53,411 bases of DNA from assembly GCA_041664905.1 (NCBI GenBank), contig JBAYJX010000004.1, positions 1 through 53,411 on the forward strand. The letters run 5' to 3'. Below are positions 33,987 to 43,001 of this stretch, piece after piece (the stretch's first letter is position 1; every line of letters starts with the position of its first letter). Origin of the DNA: an archaeon. Lineage in GTDB: Archaea; Iainarchaeota; Iainarchaeia; Iainarchaeales; JAAZKV01. The notes beneath the pieces are model-generated. The model searched no databases, was not told the origin of the DNA, and worked only from the letters and a program-made list of their open reading frames with translations. Both the position numbers and the translations under genes were made by a program.

Positions 33987-33999
33987 GTCGGGGTACTTT
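33987..33999 (+). repeat. 13-nt direct repeat of the tRNA-Glu 3' end (GTCGGGGTACTTT, partner at 32388-32400)
   Basis: Exact 13-nt GC-rich match in an AT-rich context. The flank GAAACTCGG resembles the degraded T-loop GAATCCCAG. Confidence 0.65.
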
Positions 34000-34752
34000 C
34001 TATTCTTTTGCATCTTTCCATAAAATATTGAAGTATTGTTTAAAGCTTTGTGCAACATCTTTGCTTCTTACGCGCATAATTAAAGGGTTTTTTGTTAAGA
34101 GAATAATTAAAGTTGTTTGGTTATAAATGTGAATTTCTGCAGGAGTTATTTGGTCAAGAAACCGTACTTCTGCATTTTTTGATTGAAAAAGATTTATTCT
34201 ACTGCGTTGAGTCTTTACTATTGTGTTGAAAATAATTTTTGTTGTAATGTTATTTTCTATTCTTTTTTTGTTAAATGCTGCAAAAAATAAATCGGCTTTT
34301 TTTGTGTCTTCTCCAAGACTTGCCCCAAAAACATAATGTGGGGATTCGTTTGCTTCCAGAATCCTGTCATCAAAAACTGTTTTCATTCCATCCCAACCTG
34401 AAAAAACTTCCACATTAACATCGCTTTTGCTTTTACCAAACTTTGATAACAATAGTGGCATCAGTTCTCCAACAACTTTTTTTTCATTAGAAAGTTGTTC
34501 TTCTTTTTTGTTTATAAACTCAAGAATTTTTTTTGGGTTTGCTGGTAAAAAGTGTGCTACCCCATTTTTTTTAACTTTTGAAATAAATCCTTTTTCTAAT
34601 AATTTATCGGCGATTATATAAAGGTTTGAGGATGAAACTTGCGATTTACGCAAAAGAGTGGTTTTAGTGCACTCCCCTAAGTCCAAAAGTGCAGAATAAA
34701 CTTTTATTTCTCCAACTGTGAGACCTAGGTCTTGCAATTCTGTTAATTCCAT
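34000..34752 (-). CDS. TrmB-family transcriptional regulator (second copy)
   Basis: N-terminal LGLTVGEIKVYSALLDLGECTKTTLLRKSQVSSSNLYIIADKLLEKGFI is a TrmB-type wHTH. The 250-aa length and C-terminal domain resemble the 12347 gene product. Confidence 0.75.
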   Translation of the reverse strand: MELTELQDLGLTVGEIKVYSALLDLGECTKTTLLRKSQVSSSNLYIIADKLLEKGFISKVKKNGVAHFLPANPKKILEFINKKEEQLSNEKKVVGELMPLLLSKFGKSKSDVNVEVFSGWDGMKTVFDDRILEANESPHYVFGASLGEDTKKADLFFAAFNKKRIENNITTKIIFNTIVKTQRSRINLFQSKNAEVRFLDQITPAEIHIYNQTTLIILLTKNPLIMRVRSKDVAQSFKQYFNILWKDAKE

Positions 34753-34865
34753 ATATAACTACTCTTGCGAAAGCTTTAAAGTAGTTCTGTATAAGAGCCC
34801 CCATTTATAAAAGCGCGAGAAGAGGAAGCTTCGTTATTGACTAAGCAACTGGAGGAAGTGATTTT

Positions 34866-36008
34866 ATGAAAAAGAGATTATTGATTGGGAGTATTTTAGT
34901 AGTCGCTATATTAGTAATTGGATTAGTACTGGTGCAAAACCCAACAGGGGTATTTGTATTTAATCATTCTCCAAGCATGCTTACTCTCCAAAAACCAAAA
35001 ATAGGCGGGTTGTTTGGACTCACTGGATATGCTGCATTTGCCGGCGAAGCAGGTAAAAATGGATTTTTATTAGCAATAGAAGATTCAAATAATTTTGTAG
35101 ATTATTCAATTGAAGATACTACTTCCAACGTGGCTAATGCCGTAACTTCAGCAACAAAACTTACCCAAATAGATAAAGTAATTGCGGTAATTGGGCCTGA
35201 ATGGGTAGAATTTGGCGAAGTAGTAATACCGGTTGCTCAAAAAACAAGCACTGTTTTTATTTCTCCTTGGATGACACTTGAACTAAATTGGGCTAAATCA
35301 AAAGATTATATTTCAATGACACCAAGCGATAGAGGGATGCAAAAAAAGATGCTTGAACTTATACAAAGTAAGGGTTACTCAACAATTGATGTTGTGTATG
35401 AAGACAATTCTTTTGCAATAGCAACTAATGATACATTCAAAGAAGAATTGCAAAAAACAAACTTGAAGTTAATTAATGAAATAAAAACAACTCCTAATCA
35501 AAAAGATTTTCGTACAGAAATTACTAGATTAAAAAATTCAAGTGCAGATTGTGTATTTGTTGTGTTAGCTGCAGATTCAGAACAAGCTGACTTTGATAAA
35601 CAACTTAAAGAACTTGGGTACACTAAATCAGTTTTCATTACTTTTGCACGTGCGGAAAGCGATGCTTTCTTGGAGTCTACTGGAGAAGCGAGTAATGGAG
35701 TTTATTATTATACAAAAAAAGAATCTGCGCGAGCAGGCGAATTCAACCAGAAATATTTAGCTCGTTTCGGAAAAGAGCCAACTGCATTATCTGCAGCAAC
35801 AGCATTTGATGCAACAACTTTAGTAATTGAAGCAATAAAAAATGGTGCTACTAGCTCAAGTGAAATTAGAGAATATTTAATAAATAAGAAAAATTACGAA
35901 GGATACTCTGGAACAATTATATTCAATTCAAGTGGACAAAGAGAGACAGCAAATGATGCAGTAATCAAAATGATTAGTGGAAAAAACTCTACTGTTGTGT
36001 ATGAATAA
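34866..36008 (+). CDS. Type 1 periplasmic-binding-protein fold solute-binding protein (LivJ-like), membrane anchored
   Basis: N-terminal TM/signal anchor, then IGGLFGLTGYAAFAGEAGKNGFLLAIED and a two-lobe alpha/beta pattern typical of branched-chain amino-acid-type binding proteins. GGAGGAAGTGA precedes the ATG. Confidence 0.7.
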   Translation: MKKRLLIGSILVVAILVIGLVLVQNPTGVFVFNHSPSMLTLQKPKIGGLFGLTGYAAFAGEAGKNGFLLAIEDSNNFVDYSIEDTTSNVANAVTSATKLTQIDKVIAVIGPEWVEFGEVVIPVAQKTSTVFISPWMTLELNWAKSKDYISMTPSDRGMQKKMLELIQSKGYSTIDVVYEDNSFAIATNDTFKEELQKTNLKLINEIKTTPNQKDFRTEITRLKNSSADCVFVVLAADSEQADFDKQLKELGYTKSVFITFARAESDAFLESTGEASNGVYYYTKKESARAGEFNQKYLARFGKEPTALSAATAFDATTLVIEAIKNGATSSSEIREYLINKKNYEGYSGTIIFNSSGQRETANDAVIKMISGKNSTVVYE

Positions 36009-36065
36009 AATAATTGGATTAAATGAAATTGAGTTTGGGCGGTTAATATTTCTAATTTGAAATAT

Positions 36066-38255
36066 TTATCTTCCAAACAAGTATCCTATTCGTGTTATGT
36101 CAAATGCATTTGAGAATTTCTCGCTCTCGGATTTTAAATCAGCTATTTGCGCATCAAGCATATCGAGGACATCTTTATCATCAGCATTTTGTTTTGAGGC
36201 AAGTCTATCTCTTGCAATTATTAGTTTATCAGTTCTTTCTTTAAGTTTTTGAGCGTAATTTCCATCACCAAACAAGTAACTCACAATATTCAAACTTTTC
36301 TGGTCAGCAATGTTTTTCTCTGAAGTATCACTTAATTGACTTGCGAGAGCAGGATCTGCTTGATTAAATTCTGCGGCAAGAGTTAGGAGTTTATTATTTT
36401 TTGTTGTATCCTTACTAATAAATCTTAAACACATATTGTTTACAATCATTGTAGCAATTGTCTCTGGGCTATTCTGCATTTCATTGCAAGTCGCTACTGC
36501 TTGTCTTTTTGATTCACAGTCAAGTGCTGCATCAGCCAAGCACTTTGCGGACTCTAAATTATATCTACTTATTTCATTAAGAGTATTAGTTGATTCTTGT
36601 TTACATCTATATTCATTTCTTTGTTTATCCAAAGTCAAATTAGATTCCATATTGCCCATGTACTCTGCAACTATTTCATCGTCAGTTAAAGTGCATAATT
36701 GTTGTGGAGACATTCCTGAACCGGGGCCTCTTGATTGATTTGGTTGATTAGGATTCATTTGACCAGCTGCTGAATTTGGGTCTTGGTTGTTTTGGTTTGG
36801 AGTACAATCCTTTGGACAGTTTTGTTGATTTTCACCTAGGTCTGGTTCACACATTCCATTACCACAAACAGCTTGAGTGCCCTCAAACATTATTCCAAAA
36901 AGACCTGATATTGATTTATTTATTGCTGTAGCTACTATAGTTTGAACTGTTGGAGTTTCTCCACCACCTTCTGTTGCAGGAGTAGTACTGGGAGCAGCAG
37001 ATTCACTTTGAGTGGGAGTAGCTTCTGTTGTTGGTTGTGGGGGTGTAGTTGTTTCTGTTGTTGGGTTAGTGTCTGTTGTTGTAGTTACTGTTTGTTCAGT
37101 AGTTGAGGGAGTTTGATTTTGTTGTTGTGGGGTTTGTTGCCCTTGTGGATTATTTGTTTGGGGACAAACCCAATTTCCGTTTTCACAAAAAGGGGCTGGA
37201 CCCGCATCACAATTTGGGGCTTGCGAATTACAAACATTTTGTTCAGGGCCAATTGGTTGTTGTCCTTGAGGGGGATTTTGATTTTGTTGTTGTGGGTTTT
37301 GTTGCTGCATAGGGTTTTGCATTTGTTGAGGATTTTGATTTTGTTGAACTACTCTACCTTGTTGTTGTCCGGGTTGATTAGGGCCTGTGCCTGGAGCGTA
37401 TTGTTGAGTTGGAAAATTAAACGTAGGTAATTGCATATTTTGTCCTTGATTAGAATTCTTTTTGTATTCCTCACAACTAGCTCTGAATTTTGGAATTTGA
37501 TCTTGAATACTTTTCTTTGTAGCGGTAACCATTTCGGCTCTAGTTGCTAAATCAGAACTTGCTTGCTCAATACAAACTTTAATTATCAAATCTTGAGTAA
37601 TGTCCTGTGCTTTCATTGTATCTGGGTTATAACCAAGCTTTTTCATAGTAGATTTTGTTTGAGGGGGAAGTGGAAGATTTCCTGAGCGCATTGTTGTACA
37701 AAACAATTCGGGATCACAAGCGGTTACTTCGGCACTAAATCTCTGACAAATATTAGATGCTTCTGTTGAATTCTGAACAACTCCTGTAATTTCTTTTATT
37801 AAATCATCTTTGTTTGCCTTACATCCTTCTGAAAAGTGGGTAGTGTTTAATGAAATCCAATTGTATGCAGTAGTCATTCCTTCAACCATTTTTTGTTGAG
37901 CAACATACTCTGGATCAGCACTACTGCTTGAAGGCATACCAAAATTAGATTGAGGTTGCATCATTCCGTCTTGGGGCGAATTATTTTGTTGATTATTATT
38001 TGATTGTTGGTTTTGATTATTGTAAGGCTGTGATTTTTGATTGTTATTGAATTGTTGGGGTTGTTGAGGTTGGGTATTGTATTGTTGTGGGTTATTTTGT
38101 GGTTGATTATTAAAAATTTGTTCGGGTTGAGAATTATTTTGGGTAGTTTGGGTATTTGTTGGTTGTGAAAAAGAATTATCATCAGCGAATGCAAAAAAAG
38201 AAAGAATTAAAATAAAAATAAGAATTAGCAAGATTTTAGTTTGTTTCATTTTCAA
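36066..38255 (-). CDS. Secreted Q/N/P/T-rich low-complexity protein with Cys-containing modules and a C-terminal coiled coil
   Basis: 729 aa. The signal peptide is MKMKQTKILLILIFILILSFFAFA. Long Q/N/P tracts, a T/P linker and a CGNGMCEPDLGENQQNCPKDC motif. No TM anchor. Confidence 0.75.
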   Translation of the reverse strand: MKMKQTKILLILIFILILSFFAFADDNSFSQPTNTQTTQNNSQPEQIFNNQPQNNPQQYNTQPQQPQQFNNNQKSQPYNNQNQQSNNNQQNNSPQDGMMQPQSNFGMPSSSSADPEYVAQQKMVEGMTTAYNWISLNTTHFSEGCKANKDDLIKEITGVVQNSTEASNICQRFSAEVTACDPELFCTTMRSGNLPLPPQTKSTMKKLGYNPDTMKAQDITQDLIIKVCIEQASSDLATRAEMVTATKKSIQDQIPKFRASCEEYKKNSNQGQNMQLPTFNFPTQQYAPGTGPNQPGQQQGRVVQQNQNPQQMQNPMQQQNPQQQNQNPPQGQQPIGPEQNVCNSQAPNCDAGPAPFCENGNWVCPQTNNPQGQQTPQQQNQTPSTTEQTVTTTTDTNPTTETTTPPQPTTEATPTQSESAAPSTTPATEGGGETPTVQTIVATAINKSISGLFGIMFEGTQAVCGNGMCEPDLGENQQNCPKDCTPNQNNQDPNSAAGQMNPNQPNQSRGPGSGMSPQQLCTLTDDEIVAEYMGNMESNLTLDKQRNEYRCKQESTNTLNEISRYNLESAKCLADAALDCESKRQAVATCNEMQNSPETIATMIVNNMCLRFISKDTTKNNKLLTLAAEFNQADPALASQLSDTSEKNIADQKSLNIVSYLFGDGNYAQKLKERTDKLIIARDRLASKQNADDKDVLDMLDAQIADLKSESEKFSNAFDITRIGYLFGR

Positions 38256-38452
38256 GATGAGTCTTAAGTAGTATTTAACGTTTTTGTTTGGGCGGCTTGT
38301 TTGTTTAAATTTTATTTGAGAAGGTTTGAAATTTTTTTGTTTAATTAATGAACTTTAATTTGATTAAGAACAACAATTTATGTGCAAAAAGCATATTTAC
38401 AAAATACTCGTTGGTTGACGAAAAAGAAACAATGTTCAAGAAAATAAAAAGA

Positions 38453-38462
38453 TTTAAATATA
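38453..38462 (+). promoter_or_regulatory. TATA-box-like element (TTTAAATATA) upstream of the giant surface-protein operon
   Basis: Lies in the 249-nt divergent intergenic region, about 50-60 nt upstream of the start codon. No transcript data. Confidence 0.3.
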
Positions 38463-38513
38463 AGTATCCCTCAAGGGGTTAGTACAAGTTTAGTTTGGGT
38501 TTTTGTGATAAAA

Positions 38514-41500
38514 ATGTTTTTTAGGAATGAAATTTGCATAATTGTTTTGGTTCTAATTTTTTCGGGAATAAATTTTGCTGCAAGCGTTCAAGTTGATATT
38601 AATGGTTTGTATTACGTGGGCGGAGGGGTAACTGTTTCTGGGGCAATTTCTCCTGCAGATGACGATGATTTGAATATTGTTTTAATTAATGCGCGAAATG
38701 GAACAATAACAGATCAAAACAGGATAACTGCTGATGTGAATGGAAATTATTCAATAACATTTAATGGACTTGCCGCTGCTGATTATAATGGAATTGTAAG
38801 AGATATTAATTTAGCTGTGACCAATAACTTTTATTTTACAATTACAAACTATGCGAGTATTGATGTGAACTTTGTAGGGAATAAGCCTCCATTAAATGTA
38901 GGACAAACACTTGTTGCTAATTTTATTTTAAGAGATTATAATGGGGATGTTGTAACTGATGATTATAATATCGCTTTAAAATTAGTTGATTCTAATGGAA
39001 CCATTATAAAAGATCAAAATAATTATGTTCCAAAATCTTCGTTAGGAAACAGTACAGTTGATTATAATTTTGGGGTGCTTTCAAGTCCCGGCATTTATAC
39101 TATTATTGTTGATAATGGCGTAACAGCGTTTAATGTTCCTGTAATAGCATACAATTTATTTGTAAATTCATTTAATTCAAGTTCTGGAGAATCTCAAAAA
39201 AGATTTGCTTCGGGGCAAGATGCAAACATCAAAGTATTTTTGAGTTATACAAACGGAACACCAATAACAAATGGGTCTGTGACAGGGACAATCATGGTTC
39301 CGAATAGCCCTTCCCCAACAGCAATAACATTTACTCAAACAGGAGGATATTTTGCATCAAATACTGGGGTTTTGAGTGTTTTGGGAGATTATATTATTAG
39401 AGTTAATTCAAGTGCTTTGGGTTATTCTCAAACACAAGAACTGAAAATTTCGGTGCAAGGGTATGAACTAGCACTTCAACCAAAAAAGAATTCGAATGCA
39501 GGTAAGAAAGAAAGGATGAAAGGGGCTTATGGTTCTGCACTGCCCGCGTTACTTGAATTACGCGTAATTGATTTGAACTCTGCTACTGAACTTAACGGAC
39601 TTGATTTGAATAATGCGTGTAATAAGAGCAAATTAAGTTTAATGGTTTACAAATCCGGTTCGACTGCAGGAACAAGTGTTTTATTTGACCTAAACAATGT
39701 GCCAGATGCTACCTGCGATTTGAACTTTACTACTCCGAGCACAATTGGGGATTATTATTACAAAATAAGTGGAACCGATCTTAATGTGAAAAATACGTCC
39801 CAGAGTTTAAGTGCGTCTTCAGGATTAAAAGTTCAAAACCAAATGATTTTCTTTGATTCTGTTGAACCTAGGGGATACTTGCAGGATCCAAATAATGCCT
39901 GGAAATTTACTTTTTTCGAGGATGAAAATGTCGGATTCAAGATTAATGTAATTGATTTGAATACACAAGTAAATTCAAATATTCTAAGGGTAACAAAAGC
40001 AAGCGTAATGCAAAATAATCAAAAAGTTGAAATAACTGACCCCTCATATTTTGATTTCAATGCTGAAAGTCAAGTATTAAATTTAATCGGAACTGCACTT
40101 ACTGATAATAATATTCTGGCCGGATTTGTTCCAATAGAATTCACTGTTGATGTTAACACTGGCAATGCTGTACTTGATGCAAATGGAGTTATAGGATTTG
40201 GTGCATTCAAATACAAGAAAATGAGTATTGCTAGTACTCCTGCGGACGAAAATGGTAATTCAAAGTCCAATATGTTTGGTCCGCCAGTATTCCATTCAAA
40301 TGATGAAGGAGTTTACCTTTCAGTAGCTGTAACTAATGCAGGGGGAACAGCAATAAAATATGCTAATGTTGAGCTTTATTCTCTACGAAATGTTGATGAT
40401 TGGAATGATATTGCTGTGGCTCCGATAAATGCTTTAAGTGATAATAATAATTTAATAACAAACAGCAGCGGAGTGGCACTGCTTTCGCTGGGCATGCGCG
40501 CTTCAGGAATTTATGTGGGGCAAGTAAAAGTTACTAATGGAAGCACAGTTGATTATGGAGATTTCTTTTTAATGGTAAAAAGTTATATGGTGTTCACACA
40601 ACCGATTGTCCAAGAAGAAACACCTGAAGGAACTGTGTGCCAGTACTTAGATAGTGTTGGGTCAGCAAGCGATTTTAATTTAGTTGTAATGGCAATGAAT
40701 CCGGCAACACAAATGCCCATCCAAACATATGTTCCGGATGAAAATAATACTAAAGTATACTTAATGAGCATGGGGGAAGAATTCAAACAACCAACAGAAT
40801 ATGCTGCAACTTTGGGCGTAAGAGATATTAATTGTTTAGGGATGATGGGGCCTCCTGGGCAAGTACAAACACTAAAGGCACTTACTGTAAGTCCGCCTGA
40901 TGAAGGATGGATATCTGGAAATTATAGGGTTCTAATAAAAGGAAGCGATTCAATATTGGGGGCAGAAAGCGGAGACGGATTTTTTAGAGTACAACCATTC
41001 AGATTCAGTGTAATTCCTTTAGCAGCACCAGGGCCTGGTGGAGACAAAATGCTAAAAGCTACTCCTGGAGCAAACTTTGATTTTAATATTTCTTCCGATA
41101 GTAATGTTACACTCCGAGCAATTCTTGTTGATGATAAAACACAACAAGATATTAATTCAAATATTAATTTTGTTGGAGGGAATACAGTTACTGCTAATGA
41201 ACTTACGACTGTATCAGTAAAAATTCCCTCAGATATTCCTCTTGCAGAATATCCTTTAATTATTTTCGCGGAAGATGCCAGTGGGAACCAAGCTGAACAA
41301 GATCTTTTTTTGAGCATGAGTTTGTTTGGTTTATCTGTTCCAAACAATCTTGGAATGCAAAACCTTAGATACCAAACAACAAACACTGGTGCATATGATA
41401 CAAATATTTTGGATGATGCAACAAATGGAAATCTTAGCCCTTGGAGTAATCATTATTGTGATGGAAATGTAACTGTTGGTAATATTAGTTACAATCGGTG

Positions 41501-42989
41501 GGTAATGGCAGGAACAGAGTGGGCACAAAATGATTTTAATCATTTAATTTTAGTGAACACTGTGGATCAAAACCTGTGGGTAGATTATGATAATGATTGT
41601 AATTTCCTAGATGATGCGGATAATAACAGGCATGTTGGGGATACTAATGTTGGGCTTATGATTGATGGTAACGCAATGCTTGTAACTGATATTACTTCAA
41701 TGTCATTAACTTACATGAAAAATCAGTTTGATTTTAATAATTCAAGTAAGATGCAAGGAACATTTATCGGACAATATCCGGTAGATGAAAATATTGGGGT
41801 GCCAATAATAATAAAGAATTTAAGTGGACTTCCTTTAGCTGATGTCAATGTTACAATAAATCGTGCAATGCTCTTACCTTCGTTCGGAATGGGGATGCCT
41901 ACAGAAATTTCTTCAAACCTATGGAGTACAACACAAGGGACAACAGATAGTAGCGGCTTTGCAAGAATTGTTCTAAATGTAACAAGCCCCGGAACATATA
42001 TGCTTGAAATAAAAGCAACAAGTTTGGCTGGTTCACAAATATTCAAGCCATGGGAAGGAATGGTTTTAGAAACAAAGAAATACCAAAGCGAAATGTTTTT
42101 GATAAATCAAACAGGGAATATTGCAATTAATTTTGACCGCGAACTGGCAGGAAGCGGAATATATATTGAAGATGAAGCGGGGGGACCAGGGGATAACGGG
42201 GGAGGATTAAATCCAACTTATTATGATTCAAATTATGGATTATTTGATGAAAATTCAAATAATTTTGATTTAGATAAAGACGGAGCAAAGGATAAAAACT
42301 TTTATTTCATAAAAATGACTGATGCGTTCCATGCAGCTAATCCTGGGCAGGACGCAAACATTTTGGTTGATGATGATACAAATTTCTGTGACATATTATA
42401 CAGAGGGCCTGATTCAAATGTTGATAATTGTGATGGAAACCATGTAGCCGAAGTTGGATTAAACGAGGGTTGGTTTGATAATTCAAGCGGATTATTCCTG
42501 TGCCCCTATAGTAATGCACAAGGCTCAATGCAAAATACTGCTTGCGGAAACAGAGAAGCAATTTATGCAGTTTCTGAAAATGATTCAAACGTAACAGACA
42601 ATAATGCAATAATGATTAATAGAACTAATTGGAGAGCACTAGATAATAGCGGAAACAATTGGGGATTATGGATGATAAAAGACGGAACAAACAATGCTGT
42701 TGACGCAAACACTATTACTTGGACTGCGATTAAGAATCTTGAAGGGGTAAGATTGAATTCTAATGGGACAATGAGTGCAAAACTCTTCAGAACAAATGCA
42801 AGACCCTCACAAAATCAGCAAACAATAATGATTCCTCTTTCTGGTTCATACACTGGAACAATAATTGGCGGAGTGGGAAGAATTAACTTCGGCAATCTCG
42901 CTGATTCAAATTATTCAATTGCAATTGATGTAAATATTAATAATGCACTACAAACACAATACGAAAATTTTGAAGTAAGAACAAATTAG
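38514..42989 (+). CDS. Giant secreted surface protein (about 1490 aa), Asn-rich, candidate outer S-layer/adhesin subunit
   Basis: N-terminal signal peptide (FFRNEICIIVLVLIFSGINFAASV), beta-rich repetitive Ig-like segments, very many N-x-S/T sequons and no C-terminal anchor. The track start at 38505 is an upstream GTG. Confidence 0.85.
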   Translation: MFFRNEICIIVLVLIFSGINFAASVQVDINGLYYVGGGVTVSGAISPADDDDLNIVLINARNGTITDQNRITADVNGNYSITFNGLAAADYNGIVRDINLAVTNNFYFTITNYASIDVNFVGNKPPLNVGQTLVANFILRDYNGDVVTDDYNIALKLVDSNGTIIKDQNNYVPKSSLGNSTVDYNFGVLSSPGIYTIIVDNGVTAFNVPVIAYNLFVNSFNSSSGESQKRFASGQDANIKVFLSYTNGTPITNGSVTGTIMVPNSPSPTAITFTQTGGYFASNTGVLSVLGDYIIRVNSSALGYSQTQELKISVQGYELALQPKKNSNAGKKERMKGAYGSALPALLELRVIDLNSATELNGLDLNNACNKSKLSLMVYKSGSTAGTSVLFDLNNVPDATCDLNFTTPSTIGDYYYKISGTDLNVKNTSQSLSASSGLKVQNQMIFFDSVEPRGYLQDPNNAWKFTFFEDENVGFKINVIDLNTQVNSNILRVTKASVMQNNQKVEITDPSYFDFNAESQVLNLIGTALTDNNILAGFVPIEFTVDVNTGNAVLDANGVIGFGAFKYKKMSIASTPADENGNSKSNMFGPPVFHSNDEGVYLSVAVTNAGGTAIKYANVELYSLRNVDDWNDIAVAPINALSDNNNLITNSSGVALLSLGMRASGIYVGQVKVTNGSTVDYGDFFLMVKSYMVFTQPIVQEETPEGTVCQYLDSVGSASDFNLVVMAMNPATQMPIQTYVPDENNTKVYLMSMGEEFKQPTEYAATLGVRDINCLGMMGPPGQVQTLKALTVSPPDEGWISGNYRVLIKGSDSILGAESGDGFFRVQPFRFSVIPLAAPGPGGDKMLKATPGANFDFNISSDSNVTLRAILVDDKTQQDINSNINFVGGNTVTANELTTVSVKIPSDIPLAEYPLIIFAEDASGNQAEQDLFLSMSLFGLSVPNNLGMQNLRYQTTNTGAYDTNILDDATNGNLSPWSNHYCDGNVTVGNISYNRWVMAGTEWAQNDFNHLILVNTVDQNLWVDYDNDCNFLDDADNNRHVGDTNVGLMIDGNAMLVTDITSMSLTYMKNQFDFNNSSKMQGTFIGQYPVDENIGVPIIIKNLSGLPLADVNVTINRAMLLPSFGMGMPTEISSNLWSTTQGTTDSSGFARIVLNVTSPGTYMLEIKATSLAGSQIFKPWEGMVLETKKYQSEMFLINQTGNIAINFDRELAGSGIYIEDEAGGPGDNGGGLNPTYYDSNYGLFDENSNNFDLDKDGAKDKNFYFIKMTDAFHAANPGQDANILVDDDTNFCDILYRGPDSNVDNCDGNHVAEVGLNEGWFDNSSGLFLCPYSNAQGSMQNTACGNREAIYAVSENDSNVTDNNAIMINRTNWRALDNSGNNWGLWMIKDGTNNAVDANTITWTAIKNLEGVRLNSNGTMSAKLFRTNARPSQNQQTIMIPLSGSYTGTIIGGVGRINFGNLADSNYSIAIDVNINNALQTQYENFEVRTN

Positions 42990-43001
42990 GGGTTGACTTA
43001 A

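Noticed and set aside
36045-36066. AT-only 8-bp hairpin (AATATTTC-TAATTT-GAAATATT) between the convergent binding-protein gene and the Q/N-rich gene
   Set aside because: It is a weak AT stem that overlaps a stop codon. Such palindromes are expected by chance in AT-rich DNA.
37103-37430. Plus-strand ORFs (69 and 105 aa) and a minus-strand alternative-frame ORF (37961-38194) within the Q/N-rich gene
   Set aside because: They are artefacts of the (CAA/TTG)n-like low-complexity DNA. The 729-aa frame, with its signal peptide, is the only coherent reading.
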